Shown one piece after another: positions 55,376-64,000 of a DNA stretch of 64,000 nucleotides; within the stretch, counting starts at the first letter, position 1; the number at the start of each line of letters is the position of its first letter. The notes beneath the pieces are model-generated. The model saw nothing but the letters and a program-made list of their open reading frames with translations. It had not been told where the DNA came from and searched no databases. The stretch covers positions 26,350,001-26,414,000 of the forward strand of contig OZ231126.1 of NCBI GenBank assembly GCA_965153355.1, in the 5' to 3' direction. Made by a program: the position numbers and the translations under genes. Source of the DNA: Flaccisagitta enflata. Lineage: Eukaryota.

Positions 55376-57840
55376 TTAGATCTTATTCTTGCTCTTGGCA
55401 TGCTCCGCTTTATGCCTCTGAAACCAGTCTTCTTTGCAGCATTCCACGCTGCAATACAGCATTCTTTCCTCAACCCTCCTCTCTTTCTTGCATTTGACGC
55501 AAGTAAGAAAAGTTTGAGGCACCATTTCGACTTTCTTGCAATGTCTGCATTGAGCTATGACAACCATTGAAGATTTGTTATCCATTGACTGAATCTCCGA
55601 CATCTGCAAGGCAGTTGAAGATGAATCTGAGATTCTGCTGTCTTCAGCGAGTATCTTCGTTGGCTCCTCAGAATGGTTGACATTCCATTTGAAAGCAGAA
55701 GTCGCTAAGGAGAAAATTGTGTCAATGTAGCCCCATAGACAAGATGCAAACCAGCAATTGCCTTCATGAGCAGCGAAAAGTATGTGCCGGAGTATTTCTA
55801 CGGTGAAATTGCTGATGCAAGTCGCTAATGAGAAAATTGCAACAAAAAAGCCCCAAAGGCAGGATGCAGACCAGCAAATACCATCATATGCAGCAAGGAG
55901 TATTTGCCAGAGAATTTCTACGGTGAACCAAATATATGCGCGTGGAAAAAACAGAATGACTTTGATGAAGAAATGAATCAAGGATTTGCAATACAGCATG
56001 ATTTTTGATTTGGCGAATTTCCTTACTTTCTTAGCTATGTAATTTTCCACAATGGCCTTTAGATCGCAATTGGAATCGGTTCTGTTGTTGCAAAGAATAG
56101 TTAATTTGCTAGTACATGCCCAAGCAGCCAAAAGAAGCAGTACTATGTATAACCTAATCTCAGAAAAGTTGTGGGCATCTGGATGGCTGCAGCGTTCACA
56201 TCTCCAAGCAGCATAAAAACCACCTCCACAACTGCTGAAAAAAGACATCACACTTTCATACTTCATTGTTGAAAACACATGACATCTGGGCTTGCCATTT
56301 GGATCTGGTGTCAACAAGATCTCCCCAACGTAGCTCTGCGTTACTCCAATAACTGTTTCATTGGTAAACACCAAGAACTGGTCGTTGTGATTAATCGAGA
56401 AGTGTTGTTGATGATTGTTCTCTCTGATGTTGTTGAAATTGCATCTCCATTCGGGCTCTCTTTTTTGATCCCGCAGTATGTCCAATGCACATTGTGGATC
56501 TCCTCCTGATGAAATGCTGCTTTCCTCAAGTCGCCTCTTCATGAGATCAAAATCGCAGTATAGCTCTTTAGTTTGAAGATCATGGTACTGGCAAAATTGA
56601 CGAGAAAACCATCTTAAACTGACTTTATTTGACCTGAGATGAAATTGGAGATAGTTAGGGTCAGAGAGCTGTTCATAATCGACATTAGTAAAATTAGAAA
56701 AATCAAGATAAGCTGAAAAATGCATATTAGTTGTATATGACTGATGAACGTGAAGTTGCTCTTTGTCAGTTTTCAACGACTCAATACCATTTATTTTCAA
56801 ATGTACGGGTCTTGAAGCCTTTATTGTACGCTGGCCGCCGGGGAAATGTCCCATCCAAACAATTTCAACACCGCGCGGTTTCTTTTCTAATACCGGCGTC
56901 ACAACCAAGAAAGATATTTCAAATTTCCTGAGATCAATGCCGGTCAGTAAAGTGGATGATTGGTTAATGAGCAAATGCAAATTATCCAAGGCCTTTCCAC
57001 TTAGTGAATTGCGATGGACAAGCTCTGTTTCTTCATCAACCAACTCGAAAATTTCAGCGTGAAGATCATGCCGTGGGTAACCATGGACAGTTTTTTCTTT
57101 TTGGAAAAGCGTACGGTTCCAGTCTTGAAATTTGGCTTCATGTCCTTCCAATAAGTCTCTTACGGTGACAGCAAAATTAATGAGATCTTGCTCTTGGGGA
57201 CTATCAACTAGATTTTCAGCATCTGAGAGAGTGAGGCGGTGTATTTCCTCTGCGTCTGTTGCATTTAATACCCAATTTTTTAGCATATCTTTGCTGACTC
57301 TCTGGCGTTTGGTGATGCGGAAAGTTTTGTCCATTTCCCACGTGGCAGTGTCATCACCACCGCCGAGGCTGTTGTAGACGGGCGTCGCGTAACGCAGAAA
57401 GTCTTGCCATTTTTCAGGTTTGATTCCTATTTTTGACGGTATTTGTGGGCCAAAATCGTCCTGTTCAAGTACCTCGTAAAAGCAACCCAAAATGTTGTCA
57501 CTCCTGACGACCGACGTCACGAGCGGATTTTCGCGTTTGCGATCATCGGGGAACAAAGGGTCATTGTCATCATCAACGCCAATTGCCACCTCTTTGGGCG
57601 GCTGGGCTTCTTTCAACACGTTTTTGTCTTCATCATTGCTGCGATTGAAGTTGATATTGTTGGGGATACTGTAGCTGTTCTTGTTGATAGCATATCCGTC
57701 GTTCGATTGTTTCAAATTACGTTTTTTTCTAGGATTCATGCTGCTTAAATTTCCATATTCATGCTGTTTATAGTCATCGGCATTCTTACTTGGAGAAAAA
57801 GTTTTGGAATCTGTTATTCTTTTGAGAAATAGATCGATGA

Positions 57841-57916
<76 letters not shown>

Positions 57917-58306
57917 CCTTCGTAGCCTGCAAACATCACTAGACTCAGCCTCGACTCTGAAAGAATCGATGGTAAGTAGAAAAGATCGGGGCATATCCTG
58001 AATCTTTGTAACAATCGCTTTTTTCAGTTCATCACTGACAATTTTAGGATAGTCTTCAGTCATTGCTGCACATGAGGAGTATTCTTCACGCGGCTTACGG
58101 TGCAATTCGATTAACCAATCGGGAACGAGTTTAAGAACGACTGGACGAATGGCGTATCCATCTTGATTGTAGACAGTTTCCTTGATGTAGACTTGATGAC
58201 AATCATCTTCAGTTAAAGATTCGTGGATTAGAAGATTGGAGGCGTCAACAACGACACTAATCGACGCCAGAAACAGCAGTGTCCCTGAGGAGATGGAATT
58301 AATCAT
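55376..58306 (-). CDS. Gene A': ~976-aa paralogue of gene A with signal peptide, poly-Asn, RKKR site, F/env-like ectodomain, hydrophobic segments and C-terminal MYND-type zinc finger
   Basis: Single ORF (open from 58438; first ATG 58306 precedes the hydrophobic TLLFLASISVVVDA). Shares HESLTxDDCHQV, GIKPEKWxDFLRYATPVY, FSRQFCQY, QCALD and the zinc finger with A. Confidence 0.9.
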
Positions 58307-58492
58307 CTTGAAAGAGATGCGTTTGAGATTGTCATAAACGGAGGCGCCTTTTAGACTGCACTGTGTCAAACATTCTTTTGTTTCATAGCACTGGGTGAAT
58401 AGATCTGAAATGTGAAAAGACGTCCATTGACGTGACACTCGAGAGAATAGTTAGCACTTGGCAGGTTATAGAATAGTCAGTGGTTATATATG

Positions 58493-58906
58493 CAGTTGAA
58501 TCCCGCTCTAACGAATTTCAGGGGGCCAACACATTCTATTTGATATATTTATCAAGTGTTTTCTTGTGGTCTGCATACCTCATGTATAGAAAGAAATTGG
58601 TTACCCTTTTCTAAATGTTGCATAACTTTTAATAAGTCCTATGATAATTTTTGAAGAAGGAATGTTTTTTTTCAGAAATTTAAAGGATAGTTGTGATGGA
58701 TCCGGATTAAAGACCAGTGAGAGCTCCAAAGGCTCTTGTCCTTATTTTGGATATTGTTGAGTAGTAATGTTGTCCAACTTTCATAGGCGGTGAAAACTGG
58801 TTGAAGGGACAAAGGATAAGTATCTGTTCCAGGCGGAATTCTGGGTAATTTTGTAGATAAAATGTTGCATTTGAAAAAACAAGTCCGTTAGAGCGGGGTT
58901 CAATTG
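58493..58906. mobile_element. MITE (pogo/Tigger-like termini) between B' and A'
   Basis: cagttgaatcccgctctaacg / cgttagagcggggttcaattg; TA on the right flank only. Confidence 0.6.
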
Positions 58907-59157
58907 TACAGCTTAACCCTTCAACAACGAATGTCAAAGGACCAACAAATTCCACCCATTAAAGGTGACTGGGCAGGGGCAGTAATGATCAGAAATCTGT
59001 ACTTTGGCCGATTTCTTGACAATCAAAATTCACAATACCATCCTTCGGTCCCACCTACCCACCTACCAAAAAAAAAAAAAAAACACCCAACAAAAACAAA
59101 AACAAACATAAGACAAAAATAACAAAAATGATGACATGCCAGACTTTCAATACCCGT

Positions 59158-60672
59158 TTAGAAACCTAAGAGAAATCTGAAAAAGAATCCCAGTCTACGA
59201 TCACGTATCTCATGCGGTAAAAAAAGATATCTATGGATTAGAAAGAACAGGGTTTCTAAAACTAATTCCAGAACTATATATAATGGCTGTAACGTCGTAT
59301 CCATCAATTTCGACTGCAAAAGGAAAATATCAAGCATTTGAAGAACAAATGATATTGGCACAACATAATATGGAATGTCTCTGATAATCAAAAACAGCCA
59401 GTCCGGAAGGTTTTCGGCAAGAAACGCATCCCAAAAATACCACACGTACAGGATGTGAGATTGGGTATAGTGAGTCAGACTTTCTTGAAACTCCCTCACT
59501 TCCACAGGTGTCCACAATGGCTGAGAATCGTAGAATAGTTCTGTATTGTTGAATATTCCCCTAAAAACTAACATCATGTGATACCGTAAGGCCACATTCT
59601 CATCCCAGAATGAGGCTGCGATGGATGCACTTCTTTTTAGAGGCGAAAGCATCTCTTCATGGTCGTAAAATGTGACGTAATGGAACATCCGTGAATCCAC
59701 ATGAATACATTGCGACGAGTCATCATTCTTTGATTTATTATGAAGGTTATGGACATTCCCATCATAATCGGTGGCAGTTAACGTTTGATCTGTCACTATA
59801 AGAGAACCACGCGAAGACCTCACCATGTGCCGTCTTGGGTAAGACAAGTTTCTACCAGTATCAAACTCCCGATGACATATTTGAGCGATGAGAGCATCTT
59901 GATCGATGGAAGGAGCCTCACTGAGACTAAACAACAAAAGCTCGGAACAATCCAACTTTGACATTGATTCATAGTCCACGGGATTTGAGGCGTGGTTTTC
60001 TTTGATGTTGCAGAATGATTGGCTCCAATCTCCAAACCTTCTTATTCGGCAGTAATTGTGTTGCAGGAAATGAACTTCACTTGAAAGTAGCAAATTGGGG
60101 ATGTGTTCGGCAGATGACAACTCGCTTGTATCAAAGTCCCGTTTTCCATCGTTGAAGGATAACAAAACATCCTTGGCAACCTGCAACGGAGTCGTTTCCT
60201 CGACAACTCTTCCCTCCTTCACGTAATATCTATTCACAGCCACGAGTTCGATTCCCACTCCCACCGGTGCTTTTTTCAAATCCGGAAGAGTGAACAGTAG
60301 TTTCAGTGTAAAGGTTTCAACATCAATACCGACGATATACAGACGCAAATCACCCTGTAAGTACTCAAACTTGTGAAGGTCACTGTAAATCGAATCGGGG
60401 AAACTTTTGACAAAACTTTCCAAGTCACGAAGTTGAGGCGGAAGCAAAAGGGAAAAATCCAACATTTCCGGCAATTGTTCGGTCCAAACATTGGTCAAGC
60501 TCAATGTCTCCGCTCCAAAATTTGACATTTCATCGACAGTTTTGGAAAGAAGTTCAATCAACTCGTCATAATTATGCTGAATCTCGCTTTGGTTCAGCAA
60601 CAGATGCATTTCCTCGATATCATTGAGGAGACCCAAGGCTAAAAACAAAAGATCAAGCTCCCCAGATGGAAA
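59158..60672 (-). CDS. Gene B' exon 2 (F/env-like core and C-terminal hydrophobic segments)
   Basis: Acceptor cactaactgtatttgtag|TTTCCA at 60673/60672 is phase 0 and in frame with the 496-aa ORF. An equivalent acceptor exists in B (47718/47717). Confidence 0.85.
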   Translation of the reverse strand, partial: FPSGELDLLFLALGLLNDIEEMHLLLNQSEIQHNYDELIELLSKTVDEMSNFGAETLSLTNVWTEQLPEMLDFSLLLPPQLRDLESFVKSFPDSIYSDLHKFEYLQGDLRLYIVGIDVETFTLKLLFTLPDLKKAPVGVGIELVAVNRYYVKEGRVVEETTPLQVAKDVLLSFNDGKRDFDTSELSSAEHIPNLLLSSEVHFLQHNYCRIRRFGDWSQSFCNIKENHASNPVDYESMSKLDCSELLLFSLSEAPSIDQDALIAQICHREFDTGRNLSYPRRHMVRSSRGSLIVTDQTLTATDYDGNVHNLHNKSKNDDSSQCIHVDSRMFHYVTFYDHEEMLSPLKRSASIAASFWDENVALRYHMMLVFRGIFNNTELFYDSQPLWTPVEVREFQESLTHYTQSHILYVWYFWDAFLAENLPDWLFLIIRDIPYYVVPISFVLQMLDIFLLQSKLMDTTLQPLYIVLELVLETLFFLIHRYLFLPHEIRDRRLGFFFRFLLGF

Positions 60673-60681
60673 CTACAAATA

Positions 60682-60974
60682 CAGTTAGTGGACAAAAACA
60701 TCTTTTTAGGAAAAATCTATAAACCTGCAATCTATCTAAATTTGATAATTTGCTTCTGAATTTAGAAACAGTGAAATTATTAGAATTAATCGTTAATAGT
60801 CTTGACATCTTAAAAGTTAAACATTTAACAGTCTGAAAACTCATGTATGCATTCATTAAAACACCAAAATTTTTGTAGCTGTTTAATCAAATGTTTTATA
60901 AATATATTTCAATATCATAAATTTTATGGCTTTCTAGCAATGGAGGATATAAAGATCATTTTGTCCACTGACTG
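60682..60974. mobile_element. TIR element (Tc1/mariner-like MITE) forming almost all of the B' intron
   Basis: ta-cagttagtggacaaaaacatcttt at 60682 and aaagatcattttgtccactgactg ending at 60974. Confidence 0.8.
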
Positions 60975-61605
60975 TCTCGACGAAAGGATTAGACTCTTCA
61001 TCGTTAAACCAAGCATCGATATCAGAAACGTCTTCCTGCCTGATTCTCGGCATATCAGTCTGAAATGTCATACCAATGGACTGCCGAGAAGATGAGACAC
61101 GATGAGTCACGTTGTAAAGTGGAGCAACGTAACCCAAGAAATCGAACGTCGAAGATGAACTGACGTGAATTCCCCGCGAATTGTCGGTGACGTTATTGCC
61201 ATCATTTACAATGTCGCTGTTATTGACGATCCTGGTATCATCGACATTGTTGACGTTATTGGCGTCACTTTTTAACGGTAACGCCTCAAAAAAACAAAAA
61301 ACATCTTTCGGCCAAGCCTTGTGATGAACGAGATTTTGCGCTTGATGCATGACATCATGGTTCCAAACAATGTTGCCGAATTCTGCGGGGTTGACGATAG
61401 TCGGCGTTGTTATCGATGTGGTCACTGTTGCTGTGGTAGTCGTCGTTGATAATAATGTTGTTTTTATTGTCGTTTTCATTGTCGTTGAAGTCCTTGAAAT
61501 TGTAGTTGTCACTGTAATTTTTTCGTTTTCAATGTTGACTTTTCCAATGTCATTTTCGTTGTTGTTAATATCTTCGTTTTCTGTCATGTTGAATTTGCTG
61601 TCGTT

Positions 61606-61642
<37 letters not shown>

Positions 61643-61759
61643 CGATTGATGTCACTGTCATTGTTGTTGTCTTCATCATTATCAAAGTCATTGTACCTCT
61701 CACTGTCATTGTGGTCTTCATTGTCGTGATTTCCGTCATGGTTGCTTGCACTGTCAAAG

Positions 61760-61850
<91 letters not shown>

Positions 61851-62249
61851 CATGTTCGATGTCGTTGCCGTTTTTCTTTTCTGCTTGCTCCACCTCCTTC
61901 TCCACTTCCACCTTCTCTTCCCCCTCCTCCTCTTCGTCCCCGCATCTTTTTTCCACAATCGCCTTTTTTCTTTTTTTCTCCATTTTGGCGATTAATTTCC
62001 TCAAAGCCTCTCGTAGATTCATAATCAGTTTCGTGACATTGTTTTTCATGTGATTTCCGGCTAAATCGTCGGCGCCGAGATGAGATTCAGATTCTCCCGG
62101 AAGTCTTAGAATCGAATCCGGAAGCAACTTGATCGTCGTCGGGAAAAGGAGGAATCCGTCTTCCTCGTAGATGACATCCCCAACGTTGATGGCGGTGCAA
62201 GTCGATGGATGAAGGAACGTTTGGCGTGGAAAGGTGGCGTCGCTGGCAC

Positions 62250-62342
<93 letters not shown>

Positions 62343-62814
62343 AGGTACTGCTGGTGATGTTGCTATCAAAGGTACTTGTAGTAATGTTGTTATCTTCATT
62401 CTTGGCGTTGAAGACTGGCCCGTTGTTGGCGTCGTTATTGTCGGTGTTGATGCTATTGGTGCCGCTATTGTTGTTGTCGATGGCGCTGCAAGTCAATGAA
62501 CAAAGAAACGGATTATGTCGGTATGAGACGAAGTTGGTGTCATTTGCGGCGTTTTTGTTCTTGCCAATGTTGCCATTGAAGTTGGCGCTGTGGCAGTCTC
62601 CGACGTCGCATTCCCTAGTGGTGTTTGGAATATGGTAAGTTTTGCGGTTTAAGACGTTATTTTCAGAGCAGGGAACGGTCGAGATGAGGTAGAAGGCGAT
62701 AATGAAGAATGAGAATACGAAAATTGTCGATGAAACAGTGGAAATACGAGCCTGGGCAGGTTGGGGAATGAATAAAAAAGAATTGAATAAGAAAATTAAT
62801 ACAGTGTGATTCAT
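60973..62814 (-). CDS. Gene B' exon 1 (signal region, poly-Asn tracts, basic KKRKK site); spliced product ~1118 aa
   Basis: ATG at 62814; donor ACA|gtcagt at 60973/60972 is conserved in B (49433/49432). Homologous to B exon 1 and, more distantly, to the A N-terminus. Confidence 0.82.
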
Positions 62815-63505
62815 CTCGATTGTTATACGGCATAACTCAAAAAAAGATAATCCATATAAAAAAAAAAGATAATCCAAATCAAAAAAAAAAAATTTGACAG
62901 GTAATGGTTTGGCATTTTATTATGGATGTCCAGGACTTTTCAAGAAGATTTTATCCCCTAGATATGCAATGATCCAAAAATCATGCTTTACAAAACCAGT
63001 TGTCTTGTTATTTTGTCAAAAAAAAATTGAGATTGCTCTAATTTTCTAGTAGATTTTAGCATTTGATACCAGATAGGTCTCAAATATAAACTATATCGAT
63101 GTAGTTCATGGTTTAAGTGAGAAAAAATCGCATTTGGATAAAATTTCATGAAAAAAAGGAGAGAAAAATGATCATTTTTAGCATAATTTGCCATAAAGTT
63201 CCTTTTACGCAAAAAGTATCAAAATTTGGTAGAAAAGCCTAAGAAATAATTTATCATAAAATGCCAAGCAGATACTTCTCATATATTTATTTCAGAATTG
63301 AATTATCTCTATCACTTTTTGAGCAATGCTGTCAGTAAATGTTACAGTCGAGCAGCCCTCTTAAAAATGGAGTAGCGGGTAACGCCGCTACTCGGAAGGG
63401 AAGGGGGCATGTTGGAAGGAAGAAGAGGAAGAAAAAGAAGAAAAAGAAGAAGAAGAAGAAGAAGAAGAAGAAGAAGAAGAAGAAGAAGAAGAAGAAGAAG
63501 AAGAA

Positions 63506-64000
63506 GACTAGTCATCCAAGGATCGCACATGGTCAGCAGTACCCGATGCCCTGCTAGGAGTGATCAGCTGAAGAAGTATAGTGAGAGCAGGGCAGCGGCC
63601 CCAAAGGGCCGATGTCCTGTAGGACAGGGGTGAATATCCAGACGTCCTTAGAAGGCACAATAAAGGGCTGACATGCTTGATTTTCAGCCTGACAAGGCTG
63701 ATTTAGGGTATTAGAGAGCTAATTTTGGAGCTGAAAGGGCTGATTTTGGGCCTGAGAGGACTGATTTTGGGCCTGAGAGAGCTGATTTTGGGCTTGAGAG
63801 GGCTGATTTTTGGGCTTGAGAGGGCTGATTTGGGGCTAATCTGGAGCTAATTTTGGGCTTGAGAGGGCTGATTTTGGGCCTGAGAGGGCTGATTTTGAGT
63901 CTGAGAGGGCTGATTTTGGGCCTGAGAGGGCTGATTTTGGGCTTGAGAGGGCTGATTTTGGGCTTGAGAGGGCTGATTTTGGGCCTGAGAGGGCTGATTT
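63506..64000 (+). mobile_element. HINE-like family 1 element with expanded 21-bp minisatellite (runs off window)
   Basis: actagtcatccaaggatcgcacatggtcagc start, followed by gggctgattttgggcctgaga repeats. Confidence 0.7.

Noticed and set aside
60639-60640. Alternative acceptor ttttgtttttag for B' exon 2
   Set aside because: Phase 1, incompatible with the conserved phase 0 donor; the 60673 acceptor is in frame and matched in B.

Overview
Repeat-rich animal genomic DNA, with (AG)n, (AAAG)n and (GGAC)n microsatellites, many MITEs, HINE/DINE-like elements and a decayed Tc1. Most ORFs in the track are microsatellite artefacts. The window opens with a Gln/His/Ser-rich terminal exon ending in PPKLTHL*, the C-terminal signature of Hox3 proteins; the homeobox would lie upstream of the window. 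17.5-26.2 kb is a near-identical tandem duplication. The main system is at 38-63 kb: four paralogous minus-strand genes arranged as two B-then-A pairs (B' 62814-59158, A' 58306-55376, B 50539-45438, A 41943-38104). They encode signal-peptide membrane proteins with a shared Cys-patterned ectodomain that, by eye, resembles a class I viral fusion (paramyxovirus F / F-type env) glycoprotein. No gag, pol or LTR is recognisable nearby. The A genes are intronless and end in a MYND-type zinc finger. The B genes share one intron that appears to be built from a TIR transposon. Copy B is interrupted by a retroposed-looking insert. The F-fold assignment is an unverified manual alignment.
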